Assembly: GCA_963668695.2 (NCBI GenBank)
Contig: CAXXLQ010000004.1
Span: 1,632,001-1,696,000 of the forward strand
Source of the DNA: Vicinamibacteria bacterium
GTDB lineage: Bacteria > Acidobacteriota > Vicinamibacteria > Marinacidobacterales > Marinacidobacteraceae
DNA length: 64,000 nt
Reading direction: 5' to 3'
This document shows positions 1-9,625 of this stretch, piece after piece. The position numbers were made by a program, and so were the translations under genes. Each line of letters starts with the position of its first letter. Position 1 is the first letter of the stretch. Below the pieces are notes generated by a model. The model worked only from the letters and a program-made list of their open reading frames with translations. It made no database searches and was not told where the DNA came from.

Positions 1-1226
1 CCTACACCCGCTTCGAACTTCCCTCTACGGCCCGTGGAAACTGGGAGGCTGAGGCCCGCTTGATGGAGTCGGCCTTTGCCTCCTGGGCGGCGAATCTCTC
101 GTACAACATGGAGGAATTCGACGGCCACCAGTTCGCTGCCGGGATTGCCTACCAGCGACACGTCTACGGCGATGCGCCGGCCTACCGGCCGCCGGCGGCG
201 CCCATCCTGAACCCGGCTCTGCTCCAGGAACCGCAAGCCGAGTGGGATGGCGCGGCGTTCGTCGCCGATGACTTCACGCTCGGGCGCGCCAGTCTGAGCA
301 CCGGTCTGACCTATCGACGCTTCTCCTATCTGACCGGGCACCGGGGCCTCGCGCCTCGCGCGGTCCTCGAAGTCAAGGCCGGACAAGACTGGACGTTGAT
401 GGGCGGAATGGCGTCCCGGGTGGACGGCCCGATCGGAGAAGACGCGGCACTTCTTTCCCGGGTGGCGCACGGAGATCTGCTGGCGCTTGATCCCTCGTGG
501 TTCGGTTCGGAGGCTGCTCAGCGGAACACCCGGTATCAGGCCGGAGTCCGATACGAGGCGTCCCCGAACCATGTCCTGGCAGCTCGGCTGTTCCGGGAAA
601 TCACCACCGACCAGCTCCTCAGGACGTTCGAATCCGGACCGATTTCGGGGGGGCGTTTCGATGTCGTGAACGCTGGCAACTACTCCTCGACGGGTTTCGC
701 TTTCGACTGGATCCGGGACATGGGACCGGTCACCCGGCGGCTTGATCTCGGGGGCCGGGTCTCGTGGCTGACGGCAGTCGTCCGGAATCCGGGCGGCGAG
801 GCCGGGCTCGAAACGCCCCGGGACCCGATTGGCTTCGTGGGTCCAGGCGGTCCCGGGCTGGCAGATCCCACCCGTCTCCTGCTACCGGTCGGTGAGAGTG
901 CCGTTGTTCACGACCTTTCGGCCGAAGTCATAGCGCGGCTCCGCCCCTCGGGAACCCGACTGAGCGCCGCGTACCGGGTGATCCGCCATCCCGGTCTCGC
1001 GCCGACGCATCCCGCGCTGGGAGCAGCAGACGAGCACACGGCCCGCTTCGACGTGGAGTTGGTCCAGCTCATTCCGTTTGCCGACTGGAGCGGAACCGAG
1101 TGGGAGCTTTCCCTGGCAGTTCGCGACCTCTTCTTCCGGGAGATGATCGGACGGTCCCTGCTGGACGAGATCGCGGTGGCCCACGCTCCCAAGCGCGTCG
1201 TGGGCGGACTCGCGGTCAGGTTCTGA
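1..1226 (+). CDS. TonB-dependent receptor-like outer-membrane beta-barrel, 3' part (5' truncated by window edge)
   Basis: Frame is open from position 3. Amphipathic beta-strand pattern and C-terminal OM signature (...GGLAVRF). Confidence 0.6.
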   Translation, partial: YTRFELPSTARGNWEAEARLMESAFASWAANLSYNMEEFDGHQFAAGIAYQRHVYGDAPAYRPPAAPILNPALLQEPQAEWDGAAFVADDFTLGRASLSTGLTYRRFSYLTGHRGLAPRAVLEVKAGQDWTLMGGMASRVDGPIGEDAALLSRVAHGDLLALDPSWFGSEAAQRNTRYQAGVRYEASPNHVLAARLFREITTDQLLRTFESGPISGGRFDVVNAGNYSSTGFAFDWIRDMGPVTRRLDLGGRVSWLTAVVRNPGGEAGLETPRDPIGFVGPGGPGLADPTRLLLPVGESAVVHDLSAEVIARLRPSGTRLSAAYRVIRHPGLAPTHPALGAADEHTARFDVELVQLIPFADWSGTEWELSLAVRDLFFREMIGRSLLDEIAVAHAPKRVVGGLAVRF

Positions 1227-1554
1227 GGAGCGCCGGCCGGTTCTCCCGGTAGGGGCCTTCAGACCGGCATCGCGGCCGAAGGCCGCGAAACTCACGTCCT
1301 ATTCACCCCTATTGCACTGACCTGGTCGGGGACGGCGAAACCCACGGCTGGCCATCCCCCGCAGGGGAGCGAAAGCCTCGCCATCGAGCCTCACGGTTAG
1401 CGACAGCGGAAGCGCGCAGTCCCACCACCCTCACGTTGCCGGGCGGGCCGACGCCCGCTTCTCTCTATCCAATTTGTTGAATCTTCCCGACGCCGATCCG
1501 TCACATTGGATAAGATGGTGGATCCCGTTGGTGCTCGCGCCGACCGGGATCAAC

Positions 1555-2561
1555 CAGCCCGTGAACAAAGTGAACCGGCATTCCCGAGCCAAGAGGGAGA
1601 GGGGCCGGGTGTCCCCGTCCCCGATCCCTCTCGCTCCGGGGTCTGCGCGGTGCTGGCGCCCCGCTCCGGAAGCCCGAGCCAGAAGGGATGGGGGTCGGCT
1701 TGCCCCGCCCCCCGTCCCTCTCGCTCCGGGGTCTGCGCGGTGCTGGCGCCCCGCTCCGGAAGCCCGAGTCAAGAGGGAGAGGGGCCGGGTGTCCCCGTCC
1801 TCCATCCCTCGTGCTCCGGGGTCTGCGCGGTGCTGGCGCCCCGCTCCGGAAGCCCGAGCCAGAAGGGATGGGGGTCGGCTATCGCCGCTCTCCATCCCTC
1901 GTGCTCCGGGGTCTGCGCGGTGCTGGCGCCCCGCTCCGGAAGCCCGAGCCAGAAGGGATGGGGGTCGGCTATCGCCGCTCTCCATCCCTCGTGCTCCGGG
2001 GTCTGCGCGGTGCTGGCGCCCCGCTCCGGAAGCCCGAGTCAAGAGGGAGAGGGGCCGGGTGTCCCCGTCCCCGATCCCTCTCGCTCCGGGGTCTGCGCGG
2101 TGCTGGCGCCCCGCTCCGGAAGCCCGAGCCAGAAGGGAGAGGGGCCGGGTGTCCCCGTCCCCGATCCCTCTCGCTCCGGGGTCTGCGCGGTGCTGGCGCC
2201 CCGCTCCGGAAGCCCGAGCCAAGAGGGAGAGGGGCCGGGTGTCCCCGTCCCCGATCCCTCTCGCTCCGGGGTCTGCGCGGTGCTGGCGCCCCGCTCCGGA
2301 AGCCCGAGCCAGAAGGGATGGGGGTCGGCTTGCCCCGCCCCCCGTCCCTTCCGCTCCGGGGTCTCCGCGGTGCTGGCGCCCCGCTCCGGAAGCGAGCGGC
2401 GATGCATCCCGGCTGAACCGCTCTGCTTCGCATCGCTCATCGTTGCGCTTCGGTCGAAATACGTCCGGGCCAGTTCTCCCGGTGGGGGCTCCTCCCTCAC
2501 GCGCCTTGTCAGCCGGGCGCCTCACCGCTCTCGGTGCTCGCCCCACCTTGTCCACGGACTG
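1555..2561. mobile_element. MITE family A copy carrying 9 tandem 90-bp cassettes and one 18-mer
   Basis: Ends CAGCCCGTGAACAAAG / CCTTGTCCACGGACTG. Length 1007 = 179 + 18 + 9x90. Confidence 0.85.
1583..2392. repeat. Tandem array of 9 x 90-bp GC-rich hairpin cassettes (3 sub-variants plus hybrids)
   Basis: Constant GCTCCGGGGTCTGCGCGGTGCTGGCGCCCCGCTCCGGAAGCCCGAG recurs with an exact 90-bp period. Confidence 0.95.
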
Positions 2562-2569
2562 GTGACGGC

Positions 2570-5500
2570 ATGCCTCCTCTCCTCCGCGGCGTCACCCGCT
2601 CCACCCTCGCAGTAGCCGCCACCGCGTTGCTGCTTGCGCTGGCTGCGACGAATGTCGCCCGTCAGGTGGTTTCCGGGGTCATGGACGACGGCGTTCTCTG
2701 GGGCGACGAACTCGGCCGGGTGGTCGCCATGCGGGTGGAAGAAGGCGGGGCGGGGGACCAGGCCGGAATCGAAGTGGGCGACTCTCTGCAGGTCATCACC
2801 GACCGGACCAGCGGGGCGACGATCGAGGTGGACAGCGCTACCGACGTGCGGACGGTGCTCGATGCCGCTTCGCCGGGCTCGCGGCTCCGCTACGTGCTGA
2901 TTCGGGAGGGAGAGCGTCGAGGCATGACTCTCTCCGTCGTTCCTCTCCCGACGGGCAACGTTTCTCTCTATCTGTTCCTGGCGGCGGTGGGCATCTTCGC
3001 CGGCGGAGTCGGCACGTTCGTGTACGCCTTCCGCCGCGGCGCCTCGGCCTCCGCCCACTTCTACGGGCTCTGTCTCCTCTGGCTGCTCGCCTTCTCTTTC
3101 TCGTTCACCGGCGAATTGGATCTATTCGACCACCTCTACTTCTGGCTGGACCGGATCGGGGTGTTGTTCTTCCCGCCGGTCTTCCTTCACTTCGCGCTCA
3201 CCTTCCCGGGCCGCAGCCGGTTCCTCGAGAAGTGGCCCAAAGTGCTGCATTGGGCCTACGCGCCGTCCTTCGCCCTGATGGGGCTGTCGGTGGGCTCCCG
3301 CATCCTCTATTTCTCCCCGTTCAGTCCGGGTGGCTCCGCTATCACCGGCAGCGAGTTTGTCGTCGACCGGCTCGAACCGGTCCTCTGGGCCGTGTACTCC
3401 CTCGCCGCGTTCGTGGCCTTCGTGGACGCCTATCGCAACGCCGAAAGCGTCACCGTCTCGAAGCAACTCAAGTGGATCGTTTGGGGCACCGGGGTCGGAA
3501 TGCTGCCCTTTGCGCTGATCTATGCGGTTCCCTACCTGGGCGGTCTTCCCACGACCCCGGAAATGGAACTCTCTCTCGTCCCGGTGGTCCTGGTGCCGCT
3601 GTCCTTCGCGTACGCCATCGTCAAGTACCGGCTCATGGACGTGGAGGTCCTGTTCAAGCGCGGAATCCTGCTCGCCTCGCTGATGGTCGGTGTCGCCGCC
3701 ATCTTTCTCGCGGCCTTTCTGGTGGGAACCTCCTGGTTCGGGGGCGACGAGCACTCGCTGGTCATCGCCGTCCTGTCGGCCATCGTTGCGGCTCTTGCGG
3801 TTCCCGCCTTCCGCTCCCGGACCGAGCGTTTCATCGACCGGCTGTTCTACCGCGAGCACTACGACTTCCGGCGCGCGCTGGCCCGGCTGGCCGGCGAGAT
3901 GAATTCCCAACTCGACCTGGTGCCGCTGGCGAACCGGCTCGTGGAGCGCATCAGCGAAACCTTCCGGATGCAGCGGGTCGCGCTGCTTACCGCGGTGCAG
4001 GACACCACCGTTCCGGAACTGAAGGTCGTCGCCGCGCACGGCCTCGACGATTCGGAAATGGAGGCTGCGGAGAGGTTCATCAGTTCGGCATCGGTGAGAA
4101 AGCGCCTGAGCGCGGGCGCCATTGCGCGTGCCAGCCACATGCCGGCCCCGGTTCGCGAGGGAGTGTGGGTGCTGAACGCCGTTCCCTGCTTTGCCCGGGG
4201 TGAGGTAGTTGGCGCCTTCCTTCTTGGGGCCACGGTCGACGGCGAGGATCTGTCCTCCGAGGACCTGGACCTGCTACGCACCGTGGCGGCGCAGGCAGCC
4301 ACCGCTCTCGTAAACGCTCGCCTCTACAGCTCGCTCCAGGCCAAGCACGAAGAGGTGGTCGCGCTCCGGGAACAGAGCGAGGACACGATCGAATCGCTCG
4401 CCGCCGGCGTCGTGGTGTTCGACCTCAAGGGCCGCGTCGTCCGCTGGAACCGGTCCATGGAGATCATCTATGGGCGGAGCCGCCACGAGGTTGCTCATTC
4501 CTCTTACGCGGCCGTCTTCCCCAAGAGCCTCCGGCACGCACTCGACGCCGGCCTCGGCGAGGGTTGGCTGGTGCGCAACGAGGGCGGCGGGATCTCACGC
4601 CTCAACCTGAGGGCCGCCGACGGGCGGGACCGGGTAGTGAACGTCAAGGCCGCGCCGTTCATGTCGGGAGGAGGCCAGCGCCACGGAGCGCTCCTCATCT
4701 TTGAGGACATCACCGAGCGGGTGGGGATGGAAAACGAGATGCAGCTCCGGGAGAAGATGAGTTCTCTCGGAGTCTTGGCGGCCGGTGTTGCCCATGAGGT
4801 CAACACGCCGCTCACCGGCATCTCCAGCTTCACGCAGATGCTCCAGGATCAGACCGACCCGAACGACCCCCGGCAGCCGCTCCTCGACAAGATCGAAAAA
4901 CAGACGGAGCGCGCTTCAAAGATCGTGAATGGTTTGCTCAACTTCGCGCGCCATAGCCAAACGAACTTTCAGATCGTGAATCTCAACCGCGTTCTCGGCG
5001 ACGTGCTGTCACTCCTGGACCACCAGTTGAAGAGTTCGCACATCCGGATCCGCAAGGAGTTTGATCCGGCGCTTCCGCCGCTCCGAGGCGACGAAAACAA
5101 GCTGCAACAGGTTTTCGTGAACCTGGCGGTGAACGCCTTTGACGCCATGCCGGCGGGAGGCTGGCTGACGATCACCACCCGGAGCGAGGGAGAGCAGGTG
5201 GTTGCCGAAGTGGCCGACACCGGCGAAGGAATCGCCCCCGAAGACATCCGGCGGATCTACGACCCGTTCTTTTCGACCAGGAAAAAAAGCGGCGGGAATG
5301 GCCTGGGCCTTTCGATCAGCTACGGAATCGTCCAGGAGCACGGCGGCGCCATGGAGGTTGAGAGCGATGTCAGCAGCGGCACCCGCTTCCTGATCCGCTT
5401 CCCCGCGGCGGCCTCCGCGTCTGAACGTCCCGCCGGGGAGGATTCTTCCACGCTGGTTCCGAGAGCTACCGGTTCGCGCGGAGCGGAGATCGGACGATGA
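2570..5500 (+). CDS. Membrane sensor histidine kinase (PDZ-like, multi-TM, GAF, PAS, HisKA, HATPase)
   Basis: H-box AAGVAHEVNTPL, N-box QQVFVNLAVNA, DTGEGI, GNGLGLSIS. Start placed at ATG 2570, just after the MITE end. Confidence 0.92.
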   Translation: MPPLLRGVTRSTLAVAATALLLALAATNVARQVVSGVMDDGVLWGDELGRVVAMRVEEGGAGDQAGIEVGDSLQVITDRTSGATIEVDSATDVRTVLDAASPGSRLRYVLIREGERRGMTLSVVPLPTGNVSLYLFLAAVGIFAGGVGTFVYAFRRGASASAHFYGLCLLWLLAFSFSFTGELDLFDHLYFWLDRIGVLFFPPVFLHFALTFPGRSRFLEKWPKVLHWAYAPSFALMGLSVGSRILYFSPFSPGGSAITGSEFVVDRLEPVLWAVYSLAAFVAFVDAYRNAESVTVSKQLKWIVWGTGVGMLPFALIYAVPYLGGLPTTPEMELSLVPVVLVPLSFAYAIVKYRLMDVEVLFKRGILLASLMVGVAAIFLAAFLVGTSWFGGDEHSLVIAVLSAIVAALAVPAFRSRTERFIDRLFYREHYDFRRALARLAGEMNSQLDLVPLANRLVERISETFRMQRVALLTAVQDTTVPELKVVAAHGLDDSEMEAAERFISSASVRKRLSAGAIARASHMPAPVREGVWVLNAVPCFARGEVVGAFLLGATVDGEDLSSEDLDLLRTVAAQAATALVNARLYSSLQAKHEEVVALREQSEDTIESLAAGVVVFDLKGRVVRWNRSMEIIYGRSRHEVAHSSYAAVFPKSLRHALDAGLGEGWLVRNEGGGISRLNLRAADGRDRVVNVKAAPFMSGGGQRHGALLIFEDITERVGMENEMQLREKMSSLGVLAAGVAHEVNTPLTGISSFTQMLQDQTDPNDPRQPLLDKIEKQTERASKIVNGLLNFARHSQTNFQIVNLNRVLGDVLSLLDHQLKSSHIRIRKEFDPALPPLRGDENKLQQVFVNLAVNAFDAMPAGGWLTITTRSEGEQVVAEVADTGEGIAPEDIRRIYDPFFSTRKKSGGNGLGLSISYGIVQEHGGAMEVESDVSSGTRFLIRFPAAASASERPAGEDSSTLVPRATGSRGAEIGR

Positions 5501-6924
5501 GCCGAAACCGCGGGACCGTCCTCGTGGTGGACGACGAGCAGGTGATGCGGGAAATCCTCGAGGCGCTCCTTCGCCAGGCCGGATACTCGGTGCGCCTGGC
5601 GGAAACCGGCGAAGAGGGGATCCGGATTGTGGACCGCGAGCCCATCGATCTGGCAGTCGTGGATGTGATGCTGCCGGACATCTCCGGGCTGAAGGTGCTC
5701 GAACGGCTCCGGGAGATCGATCCGGAGATCAGCGTAGTGATGCTCACCGCCTTCGCCTCGGTGGAAACCGCCGTGACCGCAATCAAGTGCGGGGCCTTCG
5801 ACTACCTGACGAAGCCGTTCAAGAACGACGAAGTTCTCAACCTCGTCGGCAACGGAGTAAGGCAGCGGCGTCTTGCGCGCGAGAACCGTTCCCTCCGGGA
5901 GCAACTGGTTCGCCGCGAACGCTTCGAGGAGCTGATCGGAAAGTCGCCATGCATGCAGGAGGTGTACGCCCTCATCGAGCAGGTCGCCGGATCCCGAGCC
6001 AACATTCTGGTTACCGGCGAGAGCGGCACCGGCAAGGAACTCGTCGCGAAGGCGATCCATCGCCTCAGTCCGCGCAAGAAGCGGCCGTTCGTCACCGTCC
6101 ATTCCGGGAGCCTCCCGCCCGAACTTCTCGAGAGCAACCTCTTCGGCCATCTCAAGGGCGCGTTCACCGGTGCGGTGGCGCCCAAGAAGGGTCTTTTCGA
6201 GATTGCCGATGGCGGCAGCATCTTCTTCGACGAGATCGGCACCGTGCATGTGGATACCCAGGCGAAGTTGCTGCGGGTGATCCAGGAAAAGGAGTTCATG
6301 AATCTGGGAGGGGTGGAGACCATCAGGGTGGACGTCCGGGTCATCGCCGCCACCAACACGGACCTGAAACGGCTCGCCGAACAGGGCAAGTTCCGTGAGG
6401 ATCTCTACTTCCGGCTCGACGTCATCAACATTCACATCCCGCCGCTTCGGGATCGCCGCGAGGACATCCCGGCGCTCGCCAATCACTTCCTTCGCAAGTA
6501 CGGGGGAGAAAACGGGAAGACCCAGCTTGCGTTCTCGTCCGACGCCATGCAGGTGTTTCTCGACTGCCCGTGGCCGGGGAATGTGAGGCAGCTCGAGAAC
6601 GCCGTGGAGCGCGCGGTGGTGCTGACGCCCGGCAACGATATCGACGCTTCACTCCTGCCGGACGCCGTGAGGACCCGGGTTTCCCGGGCTTCGGTCTCTT
6701 CGGTCCCGCCGCTCGAGGACGGGGTGACCCTCCGCGAGTACATTTCCGAGGTGGAACGGCAGTTGCTCCTCCAAACCCTCGACCGGGTCGGCGGGATTCA
6801 GAAGCGCGCCGCCGAGGTTCTGGGTCTGAAGCCAACCACGCTCAACGAGATGCTCAAGCGCCACGGCATTCGGTTCAGCCGGCGCGCTCCGGAGACCCAC
6901 GGGTCCGTTCTTCGGCAGGTCTAG
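5497..6924 (+). CDS. Sigma54-dependent NtrC-family response regulator
   Basis: Receiver domain (VVDDE, DVMLP), Walker A GESGTGKE, GAFTGA, WPGNVRQLEN, C-terminal Fis HTH. Overlaps the kinase stop (ATGA). Confidence 0.95.
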   Translation: MSRNRGTVLVVDDEQVMREILEALLRQAGYSVRLAETGEEGIRIVDREPIDLAVVDVMLPDISGLKVLERLREIDPEISVVMLTAFASVETAVTAIKCGAFDYLTKPFKNDEVLNLVGNGVRQRRLARENRSLREQLVRRERFEELIGKSPCMQEVYALIEQVAGSRANILVTGESGTGKELVAKAIHRLSPRKKRPFVTVHSGSLPPELLESNLFGHLKGAFTGAVAPKKGLFEIADGGSIFFDEIGTVHVDTQAKLLRVIQEKEFMNLGGVETIRVDVRVIAATNTDLKRLAEQGKFREDLYFRLDVINIHIPPLRDRREDIPALANHFLRKYGGENGKTQLAFSSDAMQVFLDCPWPGNVRQLENAVERAVVLTPGNDIDASLLPDAVRTRVSRASVSSVPPLEDGVTLREYISEVERQLLLQTLDRVGGIQKRAAEVLGLKPTTLNEMLKRHGIRFSRRAPETHGSVLRQV

Positions 6925-7157
6925 CAGCCTGTGGACAAAGTCACGCGGCCCAGTTCTCCCGGTGGGGGCTCGACCGGCGATGCATCCCGGCTGAACCGCG
7001 CCGCTTCGCGACGCTCTGCGTTGCACGTCGGTCGGAATACACTCGGGCCAGTTCTCCCGGTGGGGGCTCCTCCCTCGCGCGCCTTGTCAGCCGGGCGCCT
7101 CACCGCCAGTTCTCCCGGTGGGGGCCTCGGCGCTCACGTCACTTCATCCACAGGCTA
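6925..7157. mobile_element. MITE family A copy with three 18-mer insertions
   Basis: 233 = 179 + 3x18. Flanks CTAG (the regulator stop codon) and CTAA. 18-mers at 6950, 7048, 7106. Confidence 0.88.
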
Positions 7158-7164
7158 CTAACCC

Positions 7165-9549
7165 ATGTTCCCGACCGCAAGAAGGACTGCCGCGGCCCTA
7201 ACAGCCTGTGGAGAAGGTCTGTCCGTGTCCGTCCGCGGCGCAGAGCGCCGCGGGGGAGGGGCGTGGGGAGGGGTTTCCCCTCCCCACCGAAAACGATGGC
7301 GCGGGCCCCCACCGGGAGAACTGGCGCGGAGCGATCCGGGACATCACCCCGTGGGGAAAGCGCCCCGCACGCACGAGAACCGGCAGATTCGGCGCGCCTC
7401 TCGCCTTGGACACCGTGCGGGGTGCTTTTTCTGCGGGCTGCTGCTGCTGGCGAGCCTGCCGGTGATGGCCAGGGCCGCGCAGGAGGAACTCAGCCGCAAC
7501 GAGCAGATCGAACGTCTGCGGGAAGACCACCGCAAGTGGCTCGAACAAGACGTGGCGTACATCATCACCGACCGCGAGGAGGACGTATTCCTCAGCCTCG
7601 AGACCCTCGAAGAGCGGACTCGATTCATCGAGGTCTTCTGGGAAAAACGCGATCCTTACCCGGCGACCCCCGAGAACGAGTTCAAGGACGAGCACTACAG
7701 CCGGATCGAATACGCAAACAAGTACCTCGGCAGGGACACCTTCCGCGAAGGCTGGCGGACGGACCGGGGCCGCTACTACATCCTGCTCGGCGAGCCCCGC
7801 GAGCGGCATGCCTTCGACGGCTACAACGAAGTGGTCTCGAGCGAACTCTGGTTCTACCAGGGCGACGTGTCGAAAGGATTGCCGTCCTTTTTCTATCTCG
7901 TCTTCTTCAAGCGCCACGACATCGGGGAGTACCGCCTCTATCACCCGGTGGTGGACGGGCCGCAGTCGCTGGTTCGAGGCCAGTACACCCAGGGAGGCGG
8001 GCCGCAGGGCAATGTCCAGGCCTACAAGACCCTGCAACGGATTGACGCCGAACTCGCGAACGCCTCCCTCTCCCTGGATCCTTCGGAACCGGGGGACTGG
8101 ACGAGCGGCAGGGCCTCGCTGGCGAGCGACCTGCTGATCGCGCGGGTCGAAGATTCGCCCCGGCGCGCCATCCGCACCGACTACGCGGACGCGTGGCTCC
8201 GTTACCGCGATCGGGTCTCGGCCGACTATTCGTTCAACTTTGTCCCAAGTCGCGGGGTGTTCGGAATCACCGGGGGACCTCTCGGTACTCCCTTTGTTCA
8301 CTACAGCGTCGAGATCGATCCTCAGAACTTCACTCTCGAGACCGACGAGGACCGGACGAAGTTCTACACGACCCTCGATATTTCGGTCGAAGCGGTGAAC
8401 GAGGACGATGTGACGGTGCTGGCGATCGACCGCCCGGCCTATCTGGAGCTCACCAGGACTCAGGTCGAAGGCATTCAGGGTTCGCCGTTCGCGTACCAGG
8501 ACAGCGTGCCGCTACTACCCGGCACGTACGACCTGAGTGTGATCGTTCGAAACCGCGCCGCGGCCCAGTTCACGGTTGCCGAGACCACGATTGACACCAC
8601 GCGTCTGGGCGCCGCGGCTGGTTCGTCCCGAATTGCCGGCATCATCGCCGGGTTCGACGGCACCGATCTGGTGCAGGCGCCGAGCCCCGAAGCGATTCGC
8701 ACGTTTCAGGTCGGAAACGTCCGGATTCAGCCGGCCGCGGACGGCCTCTTCGCCCTCGGGAACACCCTCTACGCCTTCGCGCACGTGATGGAAGCCGGGG
8801 ACGGTCAGCAAATGCGCTTCCAGGTGCTTGCCGATCTCTCCGGAAGTCCGGACGGAGAACCCCTCACCGAGCTGGTGGTGGCGGTTCCCGGCCCGGGAGC
8901 CGTCCTCGGCCGTTTGCCGCTGGATCTTGGGGTCGGCGGAAGCTACTGGCTGCGCGGGCGGCTCGAGGATGAAGCGGGGACCCTGCTCGATCAGCATGAT
9001 CGGCGGATCCAGGTTTCCCCCCGGGCGGGTGTCCCGCGCGCCGGCTTCGTTTTGCGGCGCGGTTTCAACCCGGAAACACCAGGGCTGCTGGCGCTCGTTC
9101 GCGGCGATCAGTACCTGACGCTTTCCCGCTTCGAGGAGGCGCTCCGCGAGTACGAACTCGCGGTGGCCTCCGGGAATCCGCAGTTGCCGGCCGCCCGTTG
9201 GAAGCTCGCCCACGGCTACGTGCGAACCAGTCGGGTGGCCGAAGCAGCAGCCCTGCTCGAGCCTATGGTGGACCAGTTCCCCGAGGTCTTCGAGGTAGCC
9301 AGCGGGATGGGTTTCGTTCGCTACTTCCAGGGCCGCTACGAGGAGAGCGTGGCTCATCTGGAGCACGCCCTCGCACTGCGCACCCCGGGATTCGGGTTGT
9401 TGAACGTCCTCGGAGACGCCTACGCTGAGGTCGGACGGCTCGAGGAGGCGCGCGCCACCTTCGGGCGCTCTCTGGAGTTGAATCCGGAGCAGCCGTTCCT
9501 TCGGGAGCGCCTCGCCGAGATCAGCGCGCCGTCTCCACCTGGCGAGTAG
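7165..9549 (+). CDS. GWxTD domain protein with C-terminal TPRs; signal peptide interrupted in frame by a MITE
   Basis: GWRTDRGRYYILLGEP motif and TPR-like C-terminus. Removing 7201-7440 restores MFPTARRTAAALLLLASLPVMARA-AQE. Confidence 0.88.
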   Translation: MFPTARRTAAALTACGEGLSVSVRGAERRGGGAWGGVSPPHRKRWRGPPPGELARSDPGHHPVGKAPRTHENRQIRRASRLGHRAGCFFCGLLLLASLPVMARAAQEELSRNEQIERLREDHRKWLEQDVAYIITDREEDVFLSLETLEERTRFIEVFWEKRDPYPATPENEFKDEHYSRIEYANKYLGRDTFREGWRTDRGRYYILLGEPRERHAFDGYNEVVSSELWFYQGDVSKGLPSFFYLVFFKRHDIGEYRLYHPVVDGPQSLVRGQYTQGGGPQGNVQAYKTLQRIDAELANASLSLDPSEPGDWTSGRASLASDLLIARVEDSPRRAIRTDYADAWLRYRDRVSADYSFNFVPSRGVFGITGGPLGTPFVHYSVEIDPQNFTLETDEDRTKFYTTLDISVEAVNEDDVTVLAIDRPAYLELTRTQVEGIQGSPFAYQDSVPLLPGTYDLSVIVRNRAAAQFTVAETTIDTTRLGAAAGSSRIAGIIAGFDGTDLVQAPSPEAIRTFQVGNVRIQPAADGLFALGNTLYAFAHVMEAGDGQQMRFQVLADLSGSPDGEPLTELVVAVPGPGAVLGRLPLDLGVGGSYWLRGRLEDEAGTLLDQHDRRIQVSPRAGVPRAGFVLRRGFNPETPGLLALVRGDQYLTLSRFEEALREYELAVASGNPQLPAARWKLAHGYVRTSRVAEAAALLEPMVDQFPEVFEVASGMGFVRYFQGRYEESVAHLEHALALRTPGFGLLNVLGDAYAEVGRLEEARATFGRSLELNPEQPFLRERLAEISAPSPPGE
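7202..7440. mobile_element. MITE family B copy (221-bp core + one 18-mer)
   Basis: Ends CAGCCTGTGG...CTGCGGGCTG. Colinear with the reverse complement of 60182-60604. Confidence 0.8.
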
Positions 9550-9625
9550 CGGATAGTTCGCGTCACCGCCTCCCGCCCTTCCGGCGGGTCACGTCATTCG
9601 TCCGCTGGCGGCATCCGCGGCTGCA

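Noticed and set aside
1330-1420. c-di-GMP-I riboswitch
   Set aside because: Only partial resemblance to GGCAAACC...GGACGCAAAGCC. The stems could not be built convincingly by eye.
1583-2392. CRISPR array
   Set aside because: The 'spacers' are homologous to one another, recur, and form hybrids. There are no cas genes in the window, and the unit sits inside a MITE.
1431-2615. Long repetitive ORFs in several frames
   Set aside because: They are by-products of a stop-poor GC-rich 90-bp repeat, with no RBS or protein-like composition.
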